A stretch of 64,000 nucleotides of DNA from Patescibacteria group bacterium (GTDB lineage: Bacteria; Patescibacteriota; Patescibacteriia; UM-FILTER-42-10), in the NCBI GenBank assembly GCA_041664365.1, contig JBAYKW010000004.1, positions 11,013-75,012 on the forward strand, in the 5' to 3' direction. The translations under genes were made by a program, and so were the position numbers. Below are positions 10,578-19,947 of the stretch, in pieces. The notes below the pieces were generated by a model. That model had not been told where the DNA came from. It searched no databases and saw nothing but the letters and a program-made list of their open reading frames with translations. How positions within the stretch are numbered: position 1 is the first letter of the stretch; each line of letters opens with the position of its first letter.

Positions 10578-11216
10578 CTACTGCAGTAAATCAATCCCCT
10601 GTTCCAAACCCTCCGTCGCTTTTTCTTTAATAATATTCATCGTTGACTCGTAACTGTTCTGCGATGATTTCTTCGTCTGGTCAATAATTGCTTTCGCATC
10701 ATCCGGGATTATATTATTCAGCTGGCTAAATGTAATTTGGTGCTTTACCCGGTTCTCTTCCAGCAAACGATAAACATTCTCCAAATCTTTTCCCTTTATC
10801 TTTGCTTTTTCTATATAGTAATTTGCTTTAGACATCTGTTCGTTAAACCGAATAGTTGTTTCGCCGATAACTTCCGTTTTTTGCTTTTGGGCCAGCACTT
10901 CTATTTCTTCCAATCTGCGGTTAGCCAATTGTATCCTATATTCCGCTTTTTTTACAACATCAATCATAAACCATCCCCGAGCAGTCTCCCACCATGTTTT
11001 CAAAAAATAAAGCGGGCTCGATGGAACCCATTTAAGATCCGGCAGATCAACATCTACACTGACAATCGTTACATTATTTCCGTTGGTATTTGTATTGGTT
11101 TCAGGTACTGTAATCACTTCCTCATTCGTGTTTTCAGACACTGGGCGCAGCATTGCCTCCGCCTGCGTAGAATAAGGGATTACCAGTAATATGATTGCCA
11201 GGATTATTGTTTTCAT
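10578..11216 (-). CDS. Secreted helical protein (DUF5667-like)
   Basis: Signal peptide; PSSPLYFLKTWWE...ANRRLEE motif. Confidence 0.7.
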   Translation of the reverse strand: MKTIILAIILLVIPYSTQAEAMLRPVSENTNEEVITVPETNTNTNGNNVTIVSVDVDLPDLKWVPSSPLYFLKTWWETARGWFMIDVVKKAEYRIQLANRRLEEIEVLAQKQKTEVIGETTIRFNEQMSKANYYIEKAKIKGKDLENVYRLLEENRVKHQITFSQLNNIIPDDAKAIIDQTKKSSQNSYESTMNIIKEKATEGLEQGIDLLQ

Positions 11217-11265
11217 TATTTTCTCGTTAGTCAGTAGCTTCAGTATATCAGATATATGTGAAAAT

Positions 11266-11303
11266 AAAAAAACCGCCGTTTGATTCCGAGGAACCGCGGG
11301 CGG
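11266..11303 (-). terminator. Rho-independent terminator
   Basis: CCGCC...GGCGG stem plus T7 on the minus strand, after the 11314 gene. Confidence 0.65.
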
Positions 11304-11313
11304 AACGAAAGAG

Positions 11314-13326
11314 CTACTTGATTACGACCAGTTTCCTGATCAGATAGGAGCCATTGGTTGACCTAGCCACCGCGAAGTAGACTCCACTGGGCACCTTTCT
11401 GCCGTCCGGAGCAGTACCGCACCAGGTAACCGTTGTTTGTCCTGCTGAAGGACTGGTGTTCCAGATTGTACGCCCGGCCACGTCGACGATACTGATTTCG
11501 CTCAGTGCGAGACTCGTAGCCCAAGTCATTTGCACCACGGAACTAGTGACGCTCGGCGAAAGTCTGAACCAGACACCGCTATCCAGATCGTCTTCCGGCA
11601 CCGCAACTGCGCTGCCGACGTTGAAGTAAAGGTTGCCAGTGTAAATCAGTCCTGTGTAGTCGCCGTATCCACCGGCTGTCGTGAGTTTGACTCTGATAAC
11701 ACAGGGTGCCACTCCGATGCTGTTGACCGGGATCGTCAATGCTGTGGTATTACCATTCAATGTGTAAACCGTACTGTCACGGCTCGTTTCGGTGAGATGA
11801 TACACCATTGCCTGGGTGAATTCACCAAACTCCCCGTTCGACTGGCCAAACAGACGGATTACTCCCCCGTCCAAAACGGAGTTGGTACTGCCGAAAGTGG
11901 TTTCGAGCGTTCCATTACCGTCCTGATCGACGCCGAACCGACATCCCGGACCATTGCTGATGTAGCACTGGCCGAACCCCAACGCGTTCAAGTAGTCCTC
12001 CTCGGTGAGATGCGGCATTTCCACAACGGTGAAGAGCTTGCCGAGCGCGTTGTTGTTGGCAACGATCTGCAGAGCCTGGTTGTATTCCAGAGTGTAGGAA
12101 TACGCACCGTGGTTGTCCGTCCCGGCATAAGCATTTACCCTGCGGAACGGGTTCAGGTTCTGCTGTTGGACCAGGTCAAGCCTCGCCATGTTTAAATCGT
12201 GCCGGCCGAAGATGGTCAGATCCGCAATCCAGTAAGGATACGGGTTGATGTTGTCCTGATTCACTACCAGGTCACCTGTGGTTGTCAGCTTGTTGAGCAC
12301 CTGGAAACCCAGGAAGTCTTGATCCGACAGAGCCAGATCAATGTTGGTGGAATTCCACTGAACCACCTGGTCATTCTGCGGAACGAAAGTCGGGCTGAAA
12401 GGATGAGAGGCAATACGGACTCCTCCTCGGGCTGAGACACTATCCGCGAACTGCTGATGCGTCCAAAGCTGGAAGCTCTGGTTCTCGCTGGCAATCTGCG
12501 AAGGCGTTCTCAAACACCGGTTGGTGATGTGGTGGATTTCGTTGTCCACCGCATTGTTGACCGTATTATCATCCGTCGACCCTTCACTGCCGGCGATCAC
12601 CAGCAATTCACTATCCGACATGTCCGCCGCACGTTCTGCCATGAATCCGCATTCAAAGTCAGAGAACTCATAGCCGTGATCCGTCCACCAGTAGATGTCC
12701 AGATCCACCGCCTTTGAAGCCGAGGGAATCAGACCCCAGGAACCACCCCACTCGCCGACACTATCCGTGAAGAAAGAGTGGGCGTGGGTATTCGACGAGA
12801 ACTGGTTCGAGTACAGCGGCAGCTGTTCACCCAGAATCACCTGGAAGAACTGGTTCTTCTGAACCAAATGCAAGCAGAGTTCATCCCGGAACCGTACGTA
12901 CCAGCGGAACTCCATCCGGTCACCGATTGTAAATCCGGCAAAGCGCGGATCGTTCAGGTTGATCAAGGAATGCGCTTCATAAATATCATCGGTGATTTCG
13001 AACGCGCACGACGACCAAACCGGGGTCTGGTCATAGACGAACCAAACACCCGCACTGTTACGGGCGTAAAGGATCATCTCTTCCAGCCACAGCCGGTTGA
13101 TGGCACCCTGGTCCTTGAACACGTAGACCGTGTGGATAATGTTATTGATCGCGGTGCGATCACGAACGATCCAGGGCATATCCCCCGCCTGGTCCTTACC
13201 GGATGTGTTGGGATGTTTCAGTCCCGAGTCAAAAGGAGTGTACTCCTTCACCTCCACCAGTTCGATTGCCTGCAGATTGGCACTCCAGAATAAGAATGCC
13301 ACGAGAATCAGAATAATGCGCTTCAT
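11314..13326 (-). CDS. Secreted PHP-fold metallohydrolase with C-terminal FlgD-Ig-like domain, GC-rich
   Basis: Signal peptide MKRIILILVAFLFWSANLQA; HAHS, TDH, HP and GTDNH metal motifs; C-terminus IVDVAGR...W.G..PDGRKVPSGVYF...RKLVVIK. Start moved from 13344 to 13326 because of a GAGGGG SD. Confidence 0.75.
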   Translation of the reverse strand: MKRIILILVAFLFWSANLQAIELVEVKEYTPFDSGLKHPNTSGKDQAGDMPWIVRDRTAINNIIHTVYVFKDQGAINRLWLEEMILYARNSAGVWFVYDQTPVWSSCAFEITDDIYEAHSLINLNDPRFAGFTIGDRMEFRWYVRFRDELCLHLVQKNQFFQVILGEQLPLYSNQFSSNTHAHSFFTDSVGEWGGSWGLIPSASKAVDLDIYWWTDHGYEFSDFECGFMAERAADMSDSELLVIAGSEGSTDDNTVNNAVDNEIHHITNRCLRTPSQIASENQSFQLWTHQQFADSVSARGGVRIASHPFSPTFVPQNDQVVQWNSTNIDLALSDQDFLGFQVLNKLTTTGDLVVNQDNINPYPYWIADLTIFGRHDLNMARLDLVQQQNLNPFRRVNAYAGTDNHGAYSYTLEYNQALQIVANNNALGKLFTVVEMPHLTEEDYLNALGFGQCYISNGPGCRFGVDQDGNGTLETTFGSTNSVLDGGVIRLFGQSNGEFGEFTQAMVYHLTETSRDSTVYTLNGNTTALTIPVNSIGVAPCVIRVKLTTAGGYGDYTGLIYTGNLYFNVGSAVAVPEDDLDSGVWFRLSPSVTSSVVQMTWATSLALSEISIVDVAGRTIWNTSPSAGQTTVTWCGTAPDGRKVPSGVYFAVARSTNGSYLIRKLVVIK

Positions 13327-13419
13327 TTCGCTACTTCCCCTCATTTTGGGCGTTTTGTCAATGACCGTGACTCAAATCTGAGTAACCTTAGTATGTCAAA
13401 CAGAGATTTATTGTCAAAC

Positions 13420-13442
13420 AAAAAACCACCAATTTATGGTGG
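13420..13442 (-). terminator. Rho-independent terminator
   Basis: CCACCA-TAAAT-TGGTGG followed by a T run on the minus strand. Confidence 0.6.
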
Positions 13443-13459
13443 CCATTTTGCTTTGATTT

Positions 13460-13777
13460 CTACTCTCCGACTGATAATCTTCCTTCAATACTTGCTAATA
13501 CTTTGTCTAAAGCCGTGAGAGTTTCAGCATCCAAATCATCTCTCATATCTTCAAATAGCAGTTTAAATTCACTAAATTTATCCAGATCAAAATCATTTTC
13601 TCCCGAGATCTGCTGATCACATTTATCTAAGCATTTAATTGCCCCCGCATAATCACCGTCGGATAAAGCACTAATTGCTAAGCCCAGTTCATAGTTAACA
13701 TCCGAGATTTCGAACTGTCCGTCACCGAACTGATCATCTGGCCCTGACACATCTGGCATTGTTGGATCACCCATCAT
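13460..13777 (-). CDS. Hypothetical acidic protein
   Basis: 105-aa ORF followed by a terminator. Confidence 0.6.
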   Translation of the reverse strand: MMGDPTMPDVSGPDDQFGDGQFEISDVNYELGLAISALSDGDYAGAIKCLDKCDQQISGENDFDLDKFSEFKLLFEDMRDDLDAETLTALDKVLASIEGRLSVGE

Positions 13778-13820
13778 GGAATTGTATAATCAATATTTAA
13801 TTCTATCGATATACTTTTTA

Positions 13821-13896
13821 TGGTGCGCCGTGAGGGATTCGGACCCCCGACCATCAGCTTAAAAGGCTGCTGCTCTACCAACTGAGCTAACGGCGC
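13821..13896 (-). tRNA. tRNA-Lys(UUU)
   Basis: GCGCCGTTAGCTCAGTTGGTAGAGCAGCAGCCTTTTAAGCTGATGGTCGGGGGTCCGAATCCCTCACGGCGCACCA folds as a cloverleaf; CCA encoded. Confidence 0.95.
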
Positions 13897-13943
13897 GTAT
13901 TGGTAAACAAATAATACTATGTATTCAATTTGTCAGCGGATTC

Positions 13944-14004
13944 ACCAACTGCCTGTCCGCCATAGCATCGCTGGAAGCGATGCGTAGGAGGAAGCTAACG
14001 GCGC
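13944..14004 (-). repeat. Copy of tRNA-Lys 5' end interrupted by a 41-bp palindromic insertion
   Basis: Plus strand accaactg[13952-13992]agctaacggcgc; the flanks join to an exact 20-nt match to tRNA-Lys. Confidence 0.85.
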
Positions 14005-14149
14005 ATGAATAACTACCTGATATTAGCAAAAAGCGCTTTAAAAAGCAAGGCTTTAAGACTAGGTTAATAAAAGGTGGAAAAAATGTAGAAAAAGAGGCTT
14101 GTTTACGCAGGATTATAGTGATAAGATGATATGGCTAAATCAAACAAAT

Positions 14150-15565
14150 ATGGCTAAACAAAACGCAGAATTAACTGAAAAAATCCCCCCACAAAACCTT
14201 GAGGCGGAGAAGGCGGTTTTGGGTTCAATGCTGATTGATAAGGATGCCATTATTAAAATTGCTGACATAATTAATCCTGATGATTTTTACCAGGACAGTC
14301 ATCGTCTCATTTTTGATACCATGCTGGAGCTGTACAACCAGCGCGAGCCGATCGATATCTTAAACCTTGCCAATAGATTGAAAGAAAAGAAGCAATTGGA
14401 ATCAATCGGAGGCAGGGCAAGTTTGATGAACCTAGCAAATGCTGTGCCGACCGCCAGTAACGTGGTGAATTATGCAAATATTGTCCAGAAAAAAGCGACT
14501 TTAAGAAGACTGATACAAACCGCGTCAGATATCACTAGTATGGGCTATCAGGAGACCGAAGATGTAAGCAGTGTTCTGGATAAAGCGGAACAGTCTCTTT
14601 TCAAAGTATCTCAAAAGCATCTAAGAACAAATTTTGTCCCGATCCGCAGCGCCTTAACCGAAGCATTTGATCGAATTGACGAATTACACAGAGAAGGCGG
14701 AAAACTAAAAGGGATTCCGACCGGTTTCACCCAATTGGATAATAAACTGGCCGGACTACAGAAATCCGATCTGATAATCATTGCCGCCCGACCGAGCGTC
14801 GGAAAAACTTCCTTAGCACTTGATATTGCCAGACAAGTGGCAACAAAAGCAAAAGTCGCCGTAGGCGTATTCAGTTTGGAAATGAGCAAGGAACAGCTGG
14901 TTGACCGTATGTTGTGCGCGGAAGCCAATGTTGATTTGTGGAAAATGCGTACCGGCAATCTTTCTGACCGTGAAGAAGACGACGACTTTCCGAAGATCGG
15001 TAATGCTATGGGTGTGCTTTCTGAGGCGCCGATATTTATAGATGACTCGGCAACCGCCAATGTTATGGAAATCCGAACCAAAGCACGCCGTCTGCAGTCA
15101 GAACATAACCTCGGTCTACTAGTTATCGATTACCTCCAACTTATGGAAGGAACATCTCATTCGGAAAATAGGGTCCAGGAAATATCTGAGATTACACGTT
15201 CACTAAAAGCAATCGCCCGCGAATTAAATATACCGGTTATCGCACTGTCCCAACTTTCCCGGGCAACAGAAATGCAGACCGGCGCATCTATCCCCCGCCT
15301 GGCTCATCTCAGGGAATCCGGTTCAATAGAACAAGACGCGGATGTTGTAATGTTTATTTACAGAGAAGTGATGGATAAAAACTCCGGTGCCGACATGGAA
15401 GATGATCGAAAAAATATTGCACAAGTAATCATCGCTAAACATCGAAACGGTCCGACCGGCGTGATTGAACTGTACTTTGAGGAAGAAAAAGCAAGTTTCA
15501 GAAATTTGGACAAATCATACGACAAGACCGATGCGCCAATAGAAAAAGAAACAACACCATTTTAA
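14150..15565 (+). CDS. dnaB: Replicative DNA helicase
   Basis: PPQNLEAE, AARPSVGKT, IDYLQLM, LRESGSIEQDAD, AKHRNGPTG; ATG 14150 preferred to TTG 14099. Confidence 0.97.
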   Translation: MAKQNAELTEKIPPQNLEAEKAVLGSMLIDKDAIIKIADIINPDDFYQDSHRLIFDTMLELYNQREPIDILNLANRLKEKKQLESIGGRASLMNLANAVPTASNVVNYANIVQKKATLRRLIQTASDITSMGYQETEDVSSVLDKAEQSLFKVSQKHLRTNFVPIRSALTEAFDRIDELHREGGKLKGIPTGFTQLDNKLAGLQKSDLIIIAARPSVGKTSLALDIARQVATKAKVAVGVFSLEMSKEQLVDRMLCAEANVDLWKMRTGNLSDREEDDDFPKIGNAMGVLSEAPIFIDDSATANVMEIRTKARRLQSEHNLGLLVIDYLQLMEGTSHSENRVQEISEITRSLKAIARELNIPVIALSQLSRATEMQTGASIPRLAHLRESGSIEQDADVVMFIYREVMDKNSGADMEDDRKNIAQVIIAKHRNGPTGVIELYFEEEKASFRNLDKSYDKTDAPIEKETTPF

Positions 15566-15583
15566 TCAGTAACAAGAAAATAT

Positions 15584-15886
15584 ATGTCAATGTTTAATAA
15601 ATTAAAAGAAGTCAAAGACCTTCGTGATCAGGCTAAACAACTGCAAAACCAGCTATCCCAGGAATCAGTAATGGCATCCGCGGAAAACGGAAAAATAAAT
15701 TTGGTCATGGACGGCAATCAGACTGTTGTGTCACTTGATATCAGCCCTGATCTGCTGTCACCGGATAAAAAAGGAGATTTGGAAAAAGGACTACGTAATG
15801 CTTTTAATGATGCGATAAAAAAGATACAGAGAATAGTTGCCCAGAAAATGCAGTCAGGAAATTTCAAAATGCCCAATTTAGGATAA
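15584..15886 (+). CDS. ybaB: YbaB/EbfC nucleoid-associated protein
   Basis: Size, sequence pattern and position upstream of recR. Confidence 0.88.
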   Translation: MSMFNKLKEVKDLRDQAKQLQNQLSQESVMASAENGKINLVMDGNQTVVSLDISPDLLSPDKKGDLEKGLRNAFNDAIKKIQRIVAQKMQSGNFKMPNLG

Positions 15887-15889
15887 AAC

Positions 15890-16492
15890 ATGGGAACCCT
15901 TCCACCATCAATCCAAAATCTGATCAGTGAGTTTAACAAACTGCCGGGTATCGGACCGAAAACATCGGAACGGTTTATTTTTCATCTGCTGAAAAGACCA
16001 AAGAGCGATCTAGAACAAATGGCAAATGGTCTGAGGGATTTGAAAGATAAAATTGCCGTGTGCTCCAGCTGTTATGATTATACGGAAACATCACCCTGCA
16101 ATATTTGCTCCAACCCGCAAAGAGATAAAACCACTATTTGTGTCGTTGCGGAAAGTCCCGATCTGATGGCAATTGAAAAGTCCGCTACTTACAAAGGCAT
16201 CTACCATGTTTTGGGTGGTGTGATCAATCAAATAGAAGGGATTGGGCCGGATCAGCTGAAAATATCTGAACTGCAGGAAAGAATCAAAAAGAACGGCATC
16301 AAAGAAATAATTTTAGCGACAAATCCGGATATGGAAGGTGAATCAACAGCGCTATTTCTGATTCGAGTTTTAAAACCTTTGGGAATCAAAATAACCAGAA
16401 TTGGTAAGGGTCTGCCGATGGGCAGCAATATTGAATACGCCGATGAAGTAACCCTGGCCAATGCAATGGAAGGAAGAGGCGAAGTAAAATAA
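15890..16492 (+). CDS. recR: Recombination protein RecR
   Basis: LPGIGPKT, C4 zinc finger, YHVLGG, ATNPDMEGE Toprim motif. Confidence 0.97.
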   Translation: MGTLPPSIQNLISEFNKLPGIGPKTSERFIFHLLKRPKSDLEQMANGLRDLKDKIAVCSSCYDYTETSPCNICSNPQRDKTTICVVAESPDLMAIEKSATYKGIYHVLGGVINQIEGIGPDQLKISELQERIKKNGIKEIILATNPDMEGESTALFLIRVLKPLGIKITRIGKGLPMGSNIEYADEVTLANAMEGRGEVK

Positions 16493-16503
16493 TATCATAA
16501 AAC

Positions 16504-16530
16504 AAAAAAGCGCCCGTGAGCGCTTTTTTT
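16504..16530. terminator. Bidirectional terminator
   Basis: aaaaaagcgc-ccgtga-gcgcttttttt between convergent recR and rplU. Confidence 0.8.
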
Positions 16531-16544
16531 AATTTCTTATTATA

Positions 16545-16862
16545 CTATGCGGTGATTTTCTGAATCTGTAATTTAGTATACCACTGACGATGACCCTTAG
16601 TTCTGTGATAACGGGTCTTGGATTTATACTTTACTACCATCACTTTCTTCGCCTGCTTCTCTTCCAGAACTTTGCATACAACTTGCGCTCCTTTTACGTT
16701 TGGGGTTCCTAATGATATTTTCTTTCCTTCGTCATCAGAAACAAGCAACACATCTTTAAGCGTCACTTCGTCACCTTCTTTTTTGCCGAGCTTTTCGACT
16801 TTAAGAATGTCTTTTTCCTTAACTTTGTACTGTTTTCCCCCGGTTTTGATTACTGCGATCAT
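16545..16862 (-). CDS. rplU: 50S ribosomal protein L21
   Basis: AVIKTGGKQYKV, GHRQ. Confidence 0.97.
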   Translation of the reverse strand: MIAVIKTGGKQYKVKEKDILKVEKLGKKEGDEVTLKDVLLVSDDEGKKISLGTPNVKGAQVVCKVLEEKQAKKVMVVKYKSKTRYHRTKGHRQWYTKLQIQKITA

Positions 16863-16891
16863 ATTTTTTTCTTTAATTAAAAATCCTCATA

Positions 16892-16920
16892 AGTGTAAGC
16901 TTTTCGATAGCTTCTGTCAA
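16892..16920 (-). promoter_or_regulatory. sigma70-type promoter for rplU
   Basis: TTGACA-17-TACACT on the minus strand. Confidence 0.65.
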
Positions 16921-18023
16921 GACACCCGACGGCTCTTCTTTTTATAGAAAACTACCAAAGTTAAGCCCAAAATAACCATTGCAATAACCAGTACAATCAG
17001 TGAAATCAGCTTCCCTTTTGTTGATAAAAACAGGGATGTAGCCCCGAAAACACCGGTCACTATGTATAAAAAGATGACGGCCTGTCTGTGTGAAAGACCG
17101 ATGTCTAAAAGCCGGAAATGTAGGTGTTTTTTGTCCCCCCAAAACGGTGAATGTTTTTCTTTGAATATTCTTCTAAAAATTACCCAGGCAACATCCAATA
17201 GTGGAAGACCCATGATCAAAAGTGCGGTGGCAATTTTTGCTCCGCTGATGATTGCTAAAACACCCAATACAAACCCGATAAAAGTAGAACCACCCTCCCC
17301 CAAAAATATGCGCGCGGGATGGAAACTGTAAACCAGAAAACCGGCTAACGCCCCGGCAAAGATTATTGAAAGCAAAGCGGTCTCCGGCTGGGCAACATCG
17401 CTAGTTAGACTGAGTGCAAATATTACAACTGCACCGATTGTGCCGATCCCTGGTACCAGTCCGTCCAGTCCGTCTAAAAATTTTGTGGTATAGACCATTA
17501 CCATCAACCAAATAAATGCGATCAGATCCGCCCAAAGTGTAATTGAATAAGGAGTATCGCCGATTCTAAAAACTTCCAGTCTAATCGTATCAAGCTGTAG
17601 AGTTCCGCCGAATGGACTGGAAATATACGGAATACCGATTCCCACCGCGATCACTACCAATCCAGCCAGTACCGGCCAAATCAATTGCTGGTAGGGTTTC
17701 AGTCTGTATTTGTCGTCTAAATATCCCCCGATCATTAATAATGTTCCGGCTGTCAGAATTCCGATGATGTGTTTCTGCAACATATAACCGCCAAGTATCT
17801 GATCCGTAAAAAAAGTATAATACAGCAAAACAACCGCAAATCCGATGAATACAGCTATGCCCCCTAAAAGTGGCACGGGAGATTTTTGAATCTTTCTTTC
17901 GGGATCCGCTTCAGGATTATCTAAAATATTTTTTTTGACAGCAAAATTTCTGACGAGCGGTGTGAATAACACCACAGCCAGAAATGATAATATAAACGGA
18001 ATTATATATGAAGTATAATTCAT
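16917..18023 (-). CDS. MraY/WecA/TagO-family polyprenyl-phosphate sugar-1-phosphate transferase
   Basis: PLLGGIA, GYLDD, DGLDGL, PARIFLGEGG, DKKHLHFRL. Confidence 0.9.
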   Translation of the reverse strand: MNYTSYIIPFILSFLAVVLFTPLVRNFAVKKNILDNPEADPERKIQKSPVPLLGGIAVFIGFAVVLLYYTFFTDQILGGYMLQKHIIGILTAGTLLMIGGYLDDKYRLKPYQQLIWPVLAGLVVIAVGIGIPYISSPFGGTLQLDTIRLEVFRIGDTPYSITLWADLIAFIWLMVMVYTTKFLDGLDGLVPGIGTIGAVVIFALSLTSDVAQPETALLSIIFAGALAGFLVYSFHPARIFLGEGGSTFIGFVLGVLAIISGAKIATALLIMGLPLLDVAWVIFRRIFKEKHSPFWGDKKHLHFRLLDIGLSHRQAVIFLYIVTGVFGATSLFLSTKGKLISLIVLVIAMVILGLTLVVFYKKKSRRVS

Positions 18024-18427
18024 TTTTTATTTTTTCCCATGTAACTTTCTAATATCAAAATAGCCGCCTGACGGTCAATATTACCTTTCTGTTTCCTTCT
18101 ACCCGGTATATCTTTCAATAAACGCTCTGCGAATTGACTGGTTAAACGTTCATCTTCCAAAACAACAGGTATGCTAATTTTTGTCATGAGTGCGTCTGCA
18201 AATCTTTTTATCTTATCAGATTGCGCATTTTCTACTCCGCTCATATTAACCGGAAAACCAATAACCACAGTTTCAATATTTTCTTTTTCAATCAAATCGC
18301 AAATACCTTGGAGGACTCCGGGGGAATTTTCCATCGTATCGCCCGGGAATATGTAATCCTGCTGCTCATCAGAAGTAGCAATACCTATTCTTTTATCGCC
18401 ATAATCAATTCCCAACAGTTTTCCCAT
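18020..18427 (-). CDS. ruvX: YqgF/RuvX family nuclease
   Basis: LGIDYGDKRIGIA, DERLTS, DRQAAILILE; start taken at MGKLLG. Confidence 0.92.
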   Translation of the reverse strand: MGKLLGIDYGDKRIGIATSDEQQDYIFPGDTMENSPGVLQGICDLIEKENIETVVIGFPVNMSGVENAQSDKIKRFADALMTKISIPVVLEDERLTSQFAERLLKDIPGRRKQKGNIDRQAAILILESYMGKNKK

Positions 18428-18429
18428 AT

Positions 18430-19200
18430 TTATTCCTCGGTTATGATCGTGCAACCTTTTCTAGTCACCTCTACTGTATGTTCAAAATGTGCGGAAAGAC
18501 TTTTATCAACAGTTGAAATCGTCCAGCGATCCTCATCCGTCTGTACTAGCTCTTCTCCGACATTCACCATCGGCTCAATAGCAATTGTCATTCCTTCTTC
18601 CAGTACAATGCCCGTTTTTGCCTTACCATAATTCGGGATTCTTGGATCCTCATGTATTTCTTTGCCCACTCCATGGCCGACCAGCTGTTTCACAACTGAA
18701 AATCCCTCACCCTCTACATACTGCTGGATAGCTGATCCGATATCACCAACTTTAGCTCCGCTTTTTACCTGCGCAATTCCTTTCCGTAATGCTTTTGCGG
18801 TGACATCCAATAATCTTTGCTTATCTTCGGAGATTTTACCCACTCCTACCGTAACAGCCGTATCAGTACACATTCCTTTATAAAACATCCCAATATCCAG
18901 TCCGATAATATCCCCTTCTTTTAGTATTGTATTCTTACTGGGAATGCCGTGCACTACTTCATTATTGATTGAGGTGCAGAGTGTTGCGGGAAACGGATTA
19001 TCTTCATCCCCTTCTACTGCATAATTCAAAAAGGCCGGTTCACCGCCGGCATCACGGATAAGCTTTTCCGCCAGACTGTCCAGTTCTAAAGTTGAAATTC
19101 CGGGTTTTGTGGCAGTGGCAACTTTATTTAATATACCAGCCAGTATCTTACCGCATTCTTTCATTATTACTATTTCTTCCGGGGTTTTGATAATAATCAT
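18430..19200 (-). CDS. map: Methionine aminopeptidase type I
   Basis: EVVHGIP, GHGVG, AIEPM, SAHFEHTV. Confidence 0.97.
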   Translation of the reverse strand: MIIIKTPEEIVIMKECGKILAGILNKVATATKPGISTLELDSLAEKLIRDAGGEPAFLNYAVEGDEDNPFPATLCTSINNEVVHGIPSKNTILKEGDIIGLDIGMFYKGMCTDTAVTVGVGKISEDKQRLLDVTAKALRKGIAQVKSGAKVGDIGSAIQQYVEGEGFSVVKQLVGHGVGKEIHEDPRIPNYGKAKTGIVLEEGMTIAIEPMVNVGEELVQTDEDRWTISTVDKSLSAHFEHTVEVTRKGCTIITEE

Positions 19201-19865
19201 TGTTTTGTAAATTCGCTGTTATTTAATTTAGATACTATTTCATCTGCTACATCCTTAATTCGTTGTTCACCGTTAATCCTGATCAGCACTCCTTGATTCA
19301 GATACATATTCAGCACCGGCTCCGTATCATGATGATATATTGCTAGCCTTTCTTTTATTACCCGCTCAGTATCATCTTCACGGTGAATCAGCTGTTTTCC
19401 GCATTTATCACAGATTCCTTCTTTTTTTGGCGGATTGTATTCTACATGATAGGTCATTCCGCATGCGCAAATCCAGCGCCCGCTTATTCTTCTGACCGCT
19501 TCCGCATCAGATATAGTAATTTCCAACGCAACATCAATACTAACAATCTCATTTAGAAATTCTGCCTGCACGATATTACGGGGATAACCGTCAAAAACAA
19601 ATCCAGATCGAGCATCAAGCTCCATCAGGCGTTCTGCCACCAGTTTATTGGTAATATCATCCGGCACCAGCTTTCCTTCCTTAATAAATTGCTCTACTAT
19701 TTTACCCAAGTCTGTTCTTCTCTGAATATGCTGGCGATAAATATTGCCGGTGGAAATCCATGGTAAGCGAAGACCCTCGGCGATTATTTCAGCCTGCGTG
19801 CCTTTGCCTGAACCCTGAGGTCCAAATACGACGATTCTTTTTATTGTATTATTCGACAGTATCAT
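19197..19865 (-). CDS. adk: Adenylate kinase (zinc LID)
   Basis: GPQGSGKGTQA, DGYPR, Cys-containing LID; start uncertain (19865 or 19889). Confidence 0.95.
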   Translation of the reverse strand: MILSNNTIKRIVVFGPQGSGKGTQAEIIAEGLRLPWISTGNIYRQHIQRRTDLGKIVEQFIKEGKLVPDDITNKLVAERLMELDARSGFVFDGYPRNIVQAEFLNEIVSIDVALEITISDAEAVRRISGRWICACGMTYHVEYNPPKKEGICDKCGKQLIHREDDTERVIKERLAIYHHDTEPVLNMYLNQGVLIRINGEQRIKDVADEIVSKLNNSEFTKQ

Positions 19866-19890
19866 GTACTTATTATAGATTCTCTGCACA

Positions 19891-19928
19891 AAAAAGAAAA
19901 CCCGAGGCTATTCCTCGGTACTTTTCTT
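19891..19928 (-). terminator. Terminator-like hairpin after secY
   Basis: ccgagg-ctatt-cctcgg stem flanked by aagaaaa/ttttctt. Confidence 0.55.
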
Positions 19929-19947
19929 GTATCAATGCGAATCTTTA

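Noticed and set aside
11530-13381. Several long plus-strand ORFs
   Set aside because: Antisense shadows of the GC-rich PHP gene; no motifs of their own.
14129-14158. atatggctaaa repeated twice at the dnaB start
   Set aside because: Short AT-rich duplication with no supportable function; only the second ATG is in frame.
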